This document shows, piece after piece, positions 24,001-38,600 of a stretch of DNA of 55,930 nucleotides. The translations under genes were made by a program, and so were the position numbers. Source of the stretch: Intoshia linei (taxonomy: Eukaryota > Animalia > Orthonectida); NCBI GenBank assembly GCA_001642005.1, contig LWCA01000097.1, forward strand, positions 1 through 55,930. Direction: 5' to 3'. Positions within the stretch are counted from its first letter, which is position 1; the number at the start of each line of letters is the position of its first letter. Under the pieces are notes generated by a model. That model was not told the DNA's origin, ran no database searches, and was given only the letters and a program-made list of their open reading frames with translations.

Positions 24001-27000
24001 ATGAAAAACGTACAATATAAATTTTTGAAAAATTTTATAAATATACCTGCTACCACCAAGCCGACATTGAATCCAATGAACATGTTGAAATTAAAATTGA
24101 AGAGGTCAGTGTTAAATTTATTCAAAATGGCTTGCAATTTTTGAGAAAATTCTAATAATGAAATTAAATGCGCATTCTTTTTTAAAGAAGTGGACCTAAT
24201 TTTTTTATTTAAAACACTTGCAGCCATAAAATATGATCCGATGGTTTTATTTTTTTCAATTTCATTATATTTTGGATTCTTTAAAAGTATTTCAAAGTCT
24301 GCAAATATTTGATTTGGAACCTAAATAATTTAATACAAACTCAAAATTTATTTAAATTTTAATCTTTATAATATGTTTAATGTATTTCTATCTATAATAA
24401 TTTATATTTTTTTCTAGTTTTCATTCTACTAAATTTTTCAACAAAAGGCTGCTCCTGCACCAGCCTAGATCTGCTACTGGACCTTTACCAAGTTATATTT
24501 GCGGGTCATTACTGGTCCGTGAAAATTTTTGACCGGTCCGCAAAATAATTTAAAAAAATTTCTTACTAACTATATTTCAATTTCTACGTTTTTTATCAAA
24601 TTTTTTTTAATGTTGCCTAGTAATTTTGCTTTAGTGGTCCGCGATAAATTTTATTATTTATTAACGGTTCACCGTGAAAAAAGTGTGGTAACCCCTGCAG
24701 TAGTGGATTATATTTTTATAACTTACCTGTATTAATTACATGTTATTAATAATCATGAATTATATGTTAAATAACATTATTATTATAACGTGCAATAAAA
24801 CCAATTTGGGTTTCGTTTCATTTTTATAATCAATCTAGGTTTAGACTACTCAGGATAGTTTAATTACCATTGATGTATATATAAATTACTAATGTACGAT
24901 ATATTGAAATATTTATATACATTTTATTTAATATTTATCCCTATACTTAGACTTTAAAACATATTTTATCGAATTAAAGTACATAAAACGATTAAGAACA
25001 ATAAAACCATCGGTATATTATATTTTATATATATAGCCGGTCTAGCGATAGTGAATGACCTATAACACAATAGGTAGATCGTTCAATATAATAATATTGA
25101 CCAAAATGTGTATCAATTGATTCTGTCAAATAGGAAAATTTTTTATATTAAATTTTACAATGAGCAGTATTAACCTATGTAAATAGTGTTATCATGATAC
25201 AAGTTTCAATGTATTACCAGAATTTTTACATTTCTAACCGTCTATTATTTTTATAAATACATTCCGACCCCGATTTGGGTACACTTTATTATAAAGTTCC
25301 AAAACTGAGGATAATCATAAAATGTAATTTTTTATTAAATTATTTTATTATTTATTTAATTAATATAAATTCGATATTTTTATTATTTTTTAAGAGTATC
25401 AATGTTGATTAACAGGTAAAACGGAAAAATCTATTAACGTAAACGAATTTAAAAGCTTTATTTAAAAATATTTAAATAACGAATGTTATCTTAGAAGAAT
25501 GCTTCTTAACCTTTTTTAGTTCAGGGCGCATCTGATTAGATAAATAAAAATTTGTGCGCACCACTAACTGATTTATTTAGTAACCAACAATATTATCACA
25601 ATTTCAAATTTATTTTTGGGCAATTTTGTTTCATGTTTGTTTTCATCAGGAATGCATAGATTTCTGGGTGATATTTTGTATCTATATCAACTGTAATAAG
25701 CTGTATCAGAATATTTTTTATTTTTTTAATTGTAGGACGGCTAATTATTTCACATTTTTTGTTTTAATAAAATATTTCGAAAAAAAATATATGAAAATTA
25801 AATGCTTTTTTCGACCGTGAATTCGTCACTTATTAAACTTATTATTGAAAAAACTGTAATTGAAATATGGTCTTTATAAAATTCTAAGATTGTTAGTTAT
25901 TTCAATAAAGTGGTACACACAAACAAAATCGCGTAGCATTTTATATAAGTTAGGATTCTCAAAAGAAATGCATTATAACTACGCCAATGTTGACTAAAAA
26001 GTAATAAGCGTACATGGTAATGTTTGGAAAATTAAACTCTATCGAATCTGCGTAAAAATAATGCGATTAGAATTTAAAAACATGACTTAATTATTAAAAT
26101 ATATAATTATTTGCGTAAATTTAAATTATATAATTATATTTAAATTAATTTTAATTAAAGTGTTAATTTATCAGAACATAGAGGTGAAGCACCGTTTTGT
26201 GGTTATAATTTAAAATTTATTAATACCATAAATGTATAACGTAAATAATATGTTCAATTCGTAACGCCGTAACATTTTATGCGTATTTTAACCGAATTTA
26301 TAGTCTAATTACAAGAATAGATTTTTTTGAATTTCAGAATATATGTTAACTACGTGCGTATCTCACTATTCAATTTATTAGACAACTTCAATTAATTAAA
26401 TATTCACAAGAATCATCATAAAAACAGATTTTTAAATGTTATCACATTTTTTGCGCGTAACGGCGTAACGTTTTGTAACTGTAAATGTAAGTTTTAATAT
26501 TTACTTTTATGTAAAATAGTGCAAATAACCATGTTGCATGCTATCATACGCGCATTTTAAGTCTATCTATGAGTATGAGTCTTGATATTATTTCCTGTAG
26601 GTCACTTAAATTGAAATATTTACATTTTATTTGCTAGAGAATGGCTTAATACATTTGTACACAAGTACTTTGACTATTAAGTAAATTGACTCATTTTTTT
26701 TGAGATTGCCAGCCTTATTATACAACGACAGTAATTTTGTTGTTTTACTAATTTTATTATTTATTATATTTCAATTTTAAATATTTAGTTAAGAACGACA
26801 AAATTAACAATGGAATCAATTATAAATATTTGTTATAATGGTATGATTTTAAGCATTATTGAACCATGTTCAAATTAATTTGGTTAGAGTTTTAACTAAT
26901 TCAATGCATAACTTTAAAAATTTCACAACCTGCTAATAGGACGTTATTATATATACAAAATATTATACATATATGACATTTATATCAAATTATTATTGTA

Positions 27001-30000
27001 TTGTATTGTAACCTGTGTCCAAAAACACGTTTTTTAGGTAAACAAAATATATAAAAACATGTAATATTTTTAGTGCGATCGTTTTTTGAGTGTTGTTCAG
27101 TGTAATCACAGTAATATTATTATAAATTTAAATTAATATTAAATATTAACCAATTTATTTTTTTTGGATAAATGCTTAAATTCAAAAAAGGCGTACACGT
27201 GCAAAATGGGTCTTTTTAATAAAAAAAGACACCCTACTAGTACATATGTATAATTTACATGATAAAATCCAACTGATCTTTGACTGATCTAGTTGGTTTT
27301 GTCGCAAATAAAAAATCATTTACTGTTGTTACATAAACCTTTGAAAATGAAAATTCTTATCTAAAATCAATAATTGTAAATATATAATTTAGATTATGAA
27401 TTATTAAATACGCACCACAACTATAAACATCGCAGGAATGCAATTTCATCACGCTCCAAGTTAAATATGAATAATCCATTGGACGTCAGAAACGAAGAAA
27501 TATATTTTCAAAAAGTACCTCTTAATTTCATTACTTTGCATTTTAAACAAAAATATATTGAACGCTTGTAATAATTTTTATATCATGCGACATGAATATG
27601 TACTTTTATTAATAAATACAAATAATTATTCAAACCAAGTAAAATTAAATATATTATACTTTTTAGATATGTAAAATATTTTGCAAAAAATTTATTTCGT
27701 ATAAATGAAATGAAAATTCTTAACAATGAATTTTGTGACAATAAAATAAATGAACCAATTCACCAAGATTTATTAAAGAAAGAATCATCCAACATGACAA
27801 TGAAAACGAATGCAATCTATAAATTATATAAAATTTTCTTGCCCAAGTTTAATGAAAACACATTTAAAGATGATATACCCAAAATGAAAAGAAAGCTATC
27901 CATCAATTGGGCACCTTTATCTAATATTATTGAACACGCAATTATTTTCTTTGTCATTCTCTTGATAATGTTTTGTTACATTTTGAATTTCGAATATACA
28001 AAATTGCACAACGTGACCATTATATTGTTTATATTTCAAATATTATGCATTATAATATGCTTTATATCTAGTATTTATGAATTTTATTATGGAAAAATGA
28101 ATTTATATAAAACTAAAGTATTCAACATTTTTTTTGGATTATGGGGATACAATACTGTTAGTTTAATAATAATAATGTTCCCTGTTTTGACATTAATGTA
28201 TGGTTATAATTGCAGTAATATGATTGTTAATAATTCAGAAACATTGTATATTCTACTAATTGTTGTTACCGTTGTATTGTTTATACATTTCAATATTGTG
28301 ACTTTTTGGACAAAAATTCTCGCAATGATAGTTGTTATATTTTTAATTATTTATTTCATGTCTTTTGATGTTTGTAAATCTGTCATAGAGGAGAATAAAA
28401 ATAATAATAGTACGATACCAATCTTGCAGATAAAAAATGTTACCATGTTGGATTATCAAAATATTACCATTCAAAATTTTTCTATTAAAGCTATAATTCC
28501 AATATTAATTTATTCAGACATGTATGAAATATTAAAGAAACCGATTGAAAAATACAGAATAATGACAAAAGACCAATTTTTCCACTACCCTATACTTTAT
28601 TTTGGTAAAATCAACAAACATAATAAGTATATTAAAATTCAATTAATTGTTCAATTCACGTCTTTATTGATCATTGTGATATATATAAACATTCAATGCG
28701 AAAAATTATTCAGACAGTCTTTCTACCGATCACTTTTGACGTTAGAACATCAACATGATATCCAGAAAAGACGTAAATATTCTCGAATTTTATTAAACAA
28801 AATTATACCTGAATACGTTATAAAGGAATTTGCAACAAAAAAATCATATAGCAAAGATATTGGTACAATATAATTTTTCATTAGCGGATGACAATTTAAA
28901 ATAATGACAACTTAGAGGCTTTATGTTTATGTTTAATTTTTGAATTGGATACTCGTGCATATTAAATTTTCTTTAAAAAATTTTTATAAATAAAAAAATT
29001 TAACTAGACTATTTTATTTTTTGATCAATTTGAATAATTGGACTGCAATCATTTAATAACAAACCTTCCAAGTACAGTCAGTTTTTTTTATAAAATATTT
29101 ATTTCAACAATTTTTAGTAAAATCAAAAAAGTGGAAAGGGTAAAGTCAAATAAGACATAAAAAAATAAATTTTTTTATGATTTTATTGATTTCTGTTTTT
29201 CTATTAATTTTTTAAGGGTGTCTACTTAAATCCAACCATTTTTACTAACAATCAAAATTTACTAACCCTTTAGAGAAAATTCCTTTTGTATCTAAGCTTA
29301 AGGGAAAAATCAAGTTTTACCAAGTGTTTTTATTGGTCATCCTCTCTTTATAAGTATTTTAAACGGCAAATCAATTACTTCTAATCTTTTTTTTTTACGA
29401 AGTACATCGAAAACGTGGTAGAATTTTTTTTCTAAGAAAATTTTTTGCAGTTGCACCTAATAAATGTTTCCCTTAAAAGTTTGTAAAAGTGGATTTTTAG
29501 TAAAAATAATTGGGTTTAAGTAAAAATGGTTGGATTAAAGTAAAAATGGTTGAGTTTAAGAATATTGTCATTTTTTAATATTAATGCAATTTGCAACTTG
29601 TAAGTTTATGATACGAGTAGATTCATTTGCTGTGATCTTGAAAATATAATCATAATTTATATCGATCACCAATTGTGTTCATTTTATAGTATGATTACAC
29701 AATCGAAACGATATAAATTTAACGGAATTTTTGTAATTTAGAAAAATACTAATTCTATTAATGAAATTTTTCACAGTAACCCGGAATTAGACTAGTTTTA
29801 TACTGAAATGACTATTTAATATTCATTATACAGATAATGTTGGAATAATATTTGCGTCAATATTAAACTATGATGATTTATACGAAGAATGTTTTGAAAA
29901 AGGAGAATATTTACTGCAAGTTTTATTTTTTTTATAATGTTTTCAATGTTTAGGTTCTTAATAATATTTTTGAAGATTTTGAAAATTTGTTGGATAAACC

Positions 30001-32092
30001 ACAATTTGTAATTTTATCATTTTACAATTGAAACAATAATTGGTTTAAATCGGTGGTTCCAGATTTAAATAGTGTACGGACCCCATTTCAATATATTTAT
30101 TTTTTGGGCGACAAAGGATTCATGAAATATAAAACATTTATGAAAAAATTAAAGGTTCTTTCTTATAAAATTTAATAAAGTCGTATTTTTCAAAAAAATA
30201 TTGGAAAAATAGGCTAAAGATTGGTAAAATTGCATTTTTTATTTTGTGGTTTGATTAAGATTTGATTTTTCAAAAAAATATTGGTAAAAGTCCATTTTTG
30301 CTTGATACTTTAAAATGGTATTTTTTATTAAATATTATTAAATTTTATTAATGGTGGGATAAAAGTCGGATTTTTGAAATAATAATGTAACCGTGGTTTA
30401 GGCTTTGGGGTAAATTCCTAACATCTTACAACTCTGTAATAAGTATTAAAAATTATCATATAAAAAATAAACAAAAATTGATCAAAATTATTTAATATTT
30501 CATTTGAATCTCTGGACCCTAGGCATAGTTTTCAAGGGGTCGACGAAACCACAATAGGGAACCACTGGTTTACATTTTTTGTGAATTTTAGAAATATATA
30601 GAAAAAGTAAAAACTATTGGTTCATGTTTTATGGCAGCCAGTGGATTAAATAAAAACGAATTACCATCAAATAATGATATTGAACATTTATGTACTTTAA
30701 TGGATTTTGCATTCGAAATCAAAAAACTAACAGATAAATTCAACTTGGAACTATTTAATTTTCAATTCAAAATAAAAATTGGCTATAATGTTGGAAATGT
30801 TGTTGCAGGAGTCATTGGAACCAAAAAATTACATTATGATATTTGGGGTGATGCAGTAAATTTAGCTAGTAGAATGTATACATCGGCTCAAAATAATCAG
30901 ATACAAGTTTTTGTTTTTTTAAATTTTTAGTTTATAAATTATAATTACAGGAACCTTCCATTATTAGGGTTAAATGATTATTTAATTGTGCCTCTAAATG
31001 TTAAATTTAAAAGTTTATTATGTTAACCGAAGCCAAAAATTCATCCAAAATGGTTCATTTAAAATTTTTTTAAAGTTGAGCAGAGTTGTCAGATGTTGGG
31101 ATTTTATACCAAACCTAGACGACCGCTAAATTATTATTTTAAAATCCTAATTTTTTTCCACCATTAAAATTTAATAATATTTAATAAAAAATACTATTTC
31201 AAACCTTTTATGTAAAAACCCCCTTCTTACAATTATACAAAAAATCTTGTGAGAAAAACCTTTTAATCCAACCCAAAATAAAAAATCCAATTTTAGCAAC
31301 CCTTAAGCGTTAATTTAATGTAAAATCTCTTTTCCTACGTTTTTTCGAAAACTTCGATTTTACCAAACCTATTTACGTTTTTAAATTTTTCTTTATGAGA
31401 AGAAACTGTTAATCTAACTACAAAATATAATCTCAAAATTTTAGCAACCATGAAGTATAATTTTTTTTTGTGAGTATTAATTCTACATATTAAAAATTTG
31501 TAAAACTCGCAAGCTTCATTGTATTCAGTTTACATATTACAAATTAATAATTTAATTTTTGGCCTTAGATTATCTTCAAAAATTTTAAAAATGAATAAAA
31601 AAGTTTTCCTTAAAAACCCTATTAAATTTTGGACCCAAAATTATCTCCAAAATTTTTAAAAATTTGATAAAAAATTTTCCCTTAAAGAAACCCCAAAAAG
31701 TTTATGAAAAAATTAATAATATCAAAATTAAAAACCATTTTTTCTTAATTCGTTATAATGAAATTGAAAAATTTCAATAAAATAGTGAATTTCCATAATT
31801 TTTACAATGGTGGAGTCACAATTTTACAAAAAATCATTCACTACTAAAAAAATTCATTATTGAAAGTTTTTATTATTGACGAATCTGACTGTATTTCATT
31901 TCGATGTTTCAATAAAAGGTCAAAATGAAATAACCCTACTCTAAATTAAATTATTACATTTATTTTTAACTTTAGGTCCCTGAAAAAGTAGCTATTCAAT
32001 TGTCAAGTGAATATTATTTTGAAAATAAAAGATTCGTTAATATTAAAGGAAAAGGTGATATGTTGGTATTTAATGCGGTATCAAAAATATAA
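21008..32092 (+). CDS. ADCY9: Transmembrane adenylyl cyclase, type 9-like (paralogue 1)
   Basis: Exons 21008-22448, 22794-22883, 22926-23090, 23416-23490, 24951-25012, 26789-26840, 27393-27567, 27667-28862, 29834-29919, 29954-30007, 30592-30906 and 31976-32092 are phase-consistent. C1 motifs: [38 protein letters not shown]2 motifs: [38 protein letters not shown]. Two hydrophobic TM clusters are present. Confidence 0.93.
23844..24479. mobile_element. hAT-type TIR element carrying a captured adenylyl cyclase gene fragment (Pack-type)
   Basis: TIRs CAGTGGCGGATCTAG / CTAGATCTGCTACTG; degenerate 8-bp flanks agcctttc/gaccttta. Confidence 0.7.
23915..24339 (-). pseudogene. Unprocessed partial copy of the cyclase-2 C2 exons
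   Basis: Colinear with 32819-33243 including intron sequence, with roughly 25 differences by eye. Conserved residues are altered (SGLN>SVLN, GVIG>DVIG, VLNQ>VPNQ). Confidence 0.9.
25600..25955 (-). mobile_element. Helitron family A, internally deleted copy
   Basis: Shares the GGAATGC(G/A)TAGATTTCTGG and GACCGTGAA(G/T)TCGTCACTTATT blocks and the GCGTAGCATTTTATATAAGTTAGGA|T end with 5750-6556. Confidence 0.7.
25967..26192 (+). repeat. Dispersed repeat, inverted copy at ~48995-49200
   Basis: AATGCATTATAACTACGCCAATGTTGACTAAAAAG...TCAGAACATAGAGGTGAAGC matches the reverse complement of 48995-49200. Confidence 0.75.
30051..30567. mobile_element. hAT MITE filling most of a cyclase-1 intron
   Basis: TIRs CGGTGGTTCC / GGGAACCACTG; TSD gtttaaat/gtttacat. 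A related copy starts at ~42964. Confidence 0.75.
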
Positions 32093-32673
32093 ATTTATAA
32101 ATAAATTACTTTTGTATATCATTTGAAGCGTATGTTTAACTAACACATTATAAACTATATCACTATCGATATGATGATAATTACTTTCAATATTAAAATG
32201 GGTAAATGCAATGTGATAATGGGGTTTTATTCGAAAAACCTTATTAAATAAAAACAAACCTGGTGACAACTAATTAAAATTATAGCCAATATTATATGGC
32301 CAAATTTTCTATTTATTGCACGTCAGTATTGAGTCATTTCTAAAAATACCTTTTTTCTAACTTTTTTAAAACGTTCCAAATTTTTTTTCTAATAATATAA
32401 TAAAAATAAAATTTCTCAATATAAACCAGAAAATGTATGGAATTGTGATGAAACTGAATTATACTATAAATGGGGATCTAACAAAACTCAATCCACTTCT
32501 GAAATCGTAATATTTGTGGTAAAAAAAAGGCAGGGATAACAGTTTTATTTTGTATATGACCGTAGAAAAGGCTGATCCACTTTTTATTGGAATATTGATA
32601 TATAATATCAATAACCTTACCGTAAAATACAATTTGACTGTCGAAAACTGAAAAGGATGAGTTATTAAAAAAA

Positions 32674-35600
32674 TTATTTATTTATAACAGTGTATGTTTT
32701 CATATTCCCTTTTCCTTTGACGGCAACAATACCCCTATATTCAAATTCGAAATGATCTTTTAACAATTTCGCAACTTCTTCTGTAACTTGAATAGTATTT
32801 GTTTGAGCTGTAGAATACATTCTACTTGACAAATTGACCGCATCTCCCCATATATCATAACTGAGTTTAGTATTTCCAATTACACCTAATTTGAAAAATA
32901 AATAATGAAAAACGTACAATATAAATTTTTGAAAAATTATATAAATATACCTGCTACCACAGAGCCGACATTGAATCCAATGGACATGTTGAAATTAAAA
33001 TTGAAGAGTTCAGTGTTAAATTTATTCAAAGTGGCTTGCAATTCTTGAGAAAATTCTAATAATGCAATTAAATGAGCATTCTTTTGTAAAGATGTAGACC
33101 TAATTTTTTTATTCAAACCACTTGCAGCCATAAAACATGATCCGATGGTTTTAATTTTTTCAATTTCATGATATTTTGGATTCTTTAAAAGTATTTCAAA
33201 GTCTGCAAATATTTGATTTAGAACCTAAATAATTTAATATAAAATAATAATATAACACGAATAAAAATTATTTTTACCTGTATATAATGTTTTCCTCCAT
33301 AAAATCCTTCCTCATAAAACTCACAAAAATTGGTTATATTTGCAAATATAACGCCGACATTAGATATACTTTCACTGTATTTTTTTTTTTTGCTCAACAC
33401 GGCCAGTACATATTCGGGTATTATATTATTCAAAAGCCAGTCCGATTCATTTTGAGCAATTTTTATTTTTTCATGATTTTCGATGGCATTAATTGTTCTA
33501 TAAAAGGTTTTTCTATATTCACATTCCATTACAAGTGAAACTATGAGTATAGTTATTATTAGAGCAATAAATGCTAAAGTGATATCAAGTAAAACGGTGA
33601 ATTTTGTGTAATCGTTCAATTGATTAGAATAAACAGAAAAAAGTATATTATATGTTTCACTTGCCAGTGAGTGACTTTTATCATTTATAAATTGATTTGT
33701 ATAATTTACTGATGTATTGGCAAGTAATAGTTTTAATTTATTTACAAATTGAAGGTAAAAATTGGAATTTGTACTGTTTTGTAAATTTAAATAGTCGTTT
33801 ATAACATTATAATCATATTGAATATAGCATGCATTCGTTGAATATAAAATAATCATTATTAATGACGCTACTAATGCAATACATATTTTAATATAATACA
33901 TGATTACAGTAAATGTGCATAATGATAAAAGACTTGTAGCGAAGATGCAAAAATATAATACATTGGATAAATTACCAAATAAATAACTGAAGGTAAAGCA
34001 CTGGTAATAACATACAGTGATGAAAAATGGGTTAATTATAGCAATTATTCCAATAATGTGATAAAAAGTCCAATTTGTACTTATTAATTTCGTAAATTGT
34101 AATACTTTCATGTTGGCGTAATGAGCATAGCTTCTATAAATAAGTAGTGAAGCACACATAATATTCACAATTTGAAAAAATGCAAATATTGCATAAAGCC
34201 AAATTGGCAGTCTAGAGAAATTAATAAAACATAATAATATAATGAATATGCTCGTAATATTAATAATGATATATTCGAATATCTGCATGATTAACGGAGA
34301 TTCCATAGTTTTAAAGTTATTTGAATATTGTTGAGTAGTATTTTCTTTTAGTAATGGTTTTCCATTCAAAACTTTTTTTTTATTTTTGGATTTACTTTGT
34401 CTAGGGGAAAATTTATCCTCAAAGTTGTTAAGATCGTGTTTTAATTTATTTAGAAGAATATTTCCAAATTTTTTTTTGTAAATTTTTTCAGTTTCGATAC
34501 TTTTAAATTTCAGTAAAATTTTGTTTATTGGAGGCATCTTGAAAAACATTGAAATTTTTTTTTCTTGAGTTAATTTCGATATTTTATTTGAACTGAGTTT
34601 ATCGTTTTTTTCATAGTTTTTGTATTTACAATTTTCAGAATCACTTGATTCGCTTGATTTATTGTAATCATCATAAAATGCGTCATTTATTTCATTTAAG
34701 TCCTTATCATAGCAATATAATTTCTCTAATAGATCAAGCATGTTCGTTTTTCCTGTTGTTGGTTGATCCTGGTTTTATATTTACAATTATTAAATATTTA
34801 TTATACTGTTTCGTCTTTTGAGATGGTCAAATTTCGATAGCTGCAAGATGGTGTAATCGTTTGTTTGTTTTTACGATTTACTATTAAATATGTTTTGATA
34901 GCTAAATATTTTAATAAATACTTTATATTATTTAATTATTTTTTTGTACAAATATAACATTATACAAATACCCGATTAATATCCTTTATTTGTTTAAAAT
35001 TGAATGTCTTTAAATTTAAAAAATGAACAGTCATAGAATTTATAAAATCCCATTTCTAATATCCCATTTCCAATGTTCACAGGGGATGTTGATTTCATGT
35101 TGATGTATTTTTTATTTTCTGAATTTGAGTCCTTCACGGTGAAAAACCCCATTTTCCCTTTTTTTTAAATAAAATCAGGCCAAAAAATTTTAATAAAACA
35201 TAAATTATGGGTCGAGTATTAAAATTATTAAAACATTTTCGTAAATTTTTAGCTCAGAAACGTACACCTTCATGGTTAAAAGCTAAATTACCCTTTGTAT
35301 TAAAAATGAAACATGTCCTAAAATTTTATATAACAAATTCTGGGATAGGTTTTAATATGATAAACATAAATGACAATATCATAAAAATGAATTTTGACGA
35401 TGAAAACCCCAAGATTACACTTTTTTTAAAAATTTAAAACAGGCCTAAAATTTTTAAAAAAATCACAGATGATCCAGTTATATTTAGTTAACATACAAAA
35501 AAATCTGAATCTAACAAAGTGACAAAGTTACTAAAAATTTGTGTTGGCAATAATTAATAATAACTATATTAAGAAAACTGACAATCCCAGAATTTTCAAA

Positions 35601-38600
35601 ACAGTAATTCCAAAAATTCTTAGTCAGAGTTTGCGATTCAGTAAATAAGATAAATACAACTTAAAAATGGTGACCTTCACGAGAAAAAATTCCTTAATAC
35701 CTTTCTTTTTTTAAAAGAAAAGAGTCGTCTAATGGAAAAGGTGTTTTCATTGATGGAGTCGCTGGCTGCTTCAAAACCACGATAATCAATAATAGAATAT
35801 TATTACAAATCCTACCTGAATGGGGCAGTATGAATCAGTACCAGAAAAATTTGCATCTTGTGGTGTCTGAACTTTGGATCACTCATGACAAAGATAAAAC
35901 ATGTATAAACATAATCATAGTGAACCAAACGTTTCTAGTAAACCCAGGAATTGTGATACTACGCTTGCCTGGTGAATGTGAAGAACTTGACATTGTTCGA
36001 GGATTTGAGAAATATCTTGATTAAATCGTGACATCGCGACGTTTTTTGTAATTTGAACAACAAAAAATTGCTAATTGCAAATTTTTAAGTGGATCTATCA
36101 GATAGCAAAAAATATTATGTCATTTGTATTCATTGAATCGGACGATACTCAAAATACAATCAGAGCGGTGCTGAAAAGAGAGAATTGAAATATATAATAC
36201 GACAGTAAATTGTTTAACGTAACTAGACAAAAATACAGTATAAAAAAAGAACTAGCACTCGTATGGACTCTGAAAAATCCGATACTATGTAGTGGAGAAA
36301 AATCAGTGAAAATTATTTATGCGTATCATACCCTAAGTCAGGTGAATAAAATGCCATGACAGATATCCTTAGCCGTTATGTAGAATAGGGTACCACCAAC
36401 ACTGATTCAATATACGCCATTAACCAGATTTCCTTTCGTAACGAGACAAATTTAACATTTGTAACTTTAACATTAAAACTTAGGAAAAGAGCATTCAGCT
36501 TTGTATACCTTCGTCATAGCTAGCTGCTGTTTGTACGAAGTACATAACACTCTAGCTCAGTGGTTTTCAACCTTATTGTGTTCGAGACCCCCTCATAAAC
36601 ATAAAAAATTTTCGTGACCCAAAAATTTTCTATATATATCATCTCCAAATGTCATATTAATTCACATAAATAAAATAATTAAAAAAGCATATTCAGTTTT
36701 ATTTATATTTTAATTATAATAACGAAATTTATTTATTTTTATGAAATTTGAGGTAGCATTTTAGCTAAAATTATTGATATCCTAGGCAGTGTATGGGATA
36801 AGATGAGCCTCATATCATTATTAACATTCAATCTGTTTATTGACTTTGTTTTTATATGAACAAGCGTAGATAATCCTGCTCCACACAGATAAGGTGACGG
36901 AAAAGATATTTGCAATCTCAAAGCAATCGTAAATACATTTGGATATAAGTTAATCATATCACACCAAAACGTACTTAGTGGTTTTTCATAGAAAATATTA
37001 TGTGTAGTGGATTCATTTATTAAATCTATTACTTCATCCTGTATTTTATCGTGAATAGTTTTTATATTGAGTGAAGAAGAACATTTAAATTGTAATACAG
37101 AATGTAAAAATATTTCCGTAACATTATTACTTTCAATATTATATTAAATTAAAATAAATAAATATATTGATAAAATTTTCAAATTCTAACGATCCCCCTA
37201 GCGGTCGCGACCCCCCGGATGAAAACCACTGCTCTAGCTAGTTTTAAATAGTTTTAAATTATTCTGGTTTAACATTTCATATCACGTAATTATTATGATT
37301 ACATGCTTAAAATTGGATTAGTTTTAATTCTGTAGGTATGTTATAGATATGAACAGGGTGTTTACTGTAGTGACAGAAAGAAATTATCATTCATAAAATA
37401 ATGACTGATCAACATGAATGGTCTCCCCCCCCCCCTTTTACTTAATTTTATATTTGCGCGACCCGTACCACTAAATGAGCCTGATACTCGTACGACACCT
37501 GTATGTTATACACAGAGCGGAACCTACCATGTTTCGAGACATATCAACGAAATTTTTATAAAATGAGGCCTTATTTTTCCAAATTAAGCATTAAAAATTA
37601 TCTTTTTGAATATCATAAGTATTTTTTTATTTTAAATTCAAAATATTAAGTCAAGAGAATTAGAGAGGAAATTAGGGCTATATAAAAGTACGCATATTAC
37701 GTATATGAATAGATTAGACGGTACGTATATGAAAATTCTTAGGAGCTTAATTTCATTTTCAGTGGCATCGACCTGGTAGGTTCTGCTCTGGTTGAACAAG
37801 TCGTGATGCATAAATAAATAAATTATATATAAATGTATATAATATCAATTTACTTCCAGCCTTTGTATCATGGGTTACTATATAACCCTTATCAACGGAA
37901 TATTTTTCGATTAGTTTGGTTTCACTGCGTATATCTAAAAATTTAAAATATAAATGTATAATAATACAAGTTATACTATATCTATATCTTAAACTTGTAC
38001 ATTCTGAATCCGCATGTAATATAATTGATATTATTATTACATTAAATACAATAAATAACCATTGGTTATATTACATTAAAATTTCATCGCTTTAATATTT
38101 TGCACAATTGTGTTGATTGAAGGAGTTTGACTAACATAATTGAGTAAAAAAAATTCAAAGACAGTTGTTTCTATTTTATACACAAAAACCCCAGTAGGTT
38201 ACAGTGAAAAACCTTGTCAAGACATAATTGAATTAATTAATTGAATGCAATTTTTACCTACTAACTCTTTATAAAATTCCAGTTCATACTCTTCAGTTAT
38301 AAAATCAGCAGTACATTCAGATACTAAAATAAAATGTTAATTAATTCTGTCATCAATGACGACATACATACATGTATCATGTACATTATTATATATTATT
38401 TAATATTTATATATTTACTGTGTACTCTCCCAGGTAAACCTTCAGATTCCATAATATTAGCTAACGTCACATCATTTGACCAAACATCGAATTTAAATCT
38501 TGTTGTACCAATCACACCTAATGAAAAAGTATATTAAAAAAAATTTATTTTTATCGACTAAATTATTAATAATACATTATTAATACACATTTTTACCATA

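Noticed and set aside
29500-29560. Three ~20-bp tandem units (TAAAAATGGTTGGATTAAAG-like)
   Set aside because: Their reverse complement occurs at ~29220-29250, consistent with ordinary subterminal repeats of a decayed TIR element.
33287-33538. Short antisense ORFs in the track (also 40179-40361, 50571-50810, 13705-13923, 19128-19310)
   Set aside because: They are shadow frames opposite longer coding sequence, with no independent motifs.
37968-37987. Possible micro-exon with three tandem acceptors in cyclase 2
   Set aside because: Recounting shows exon 38323-38258 ends in phase 1 and joins 37934 directly (FYKELV-D-IRSETK). No micro-exon is needed.
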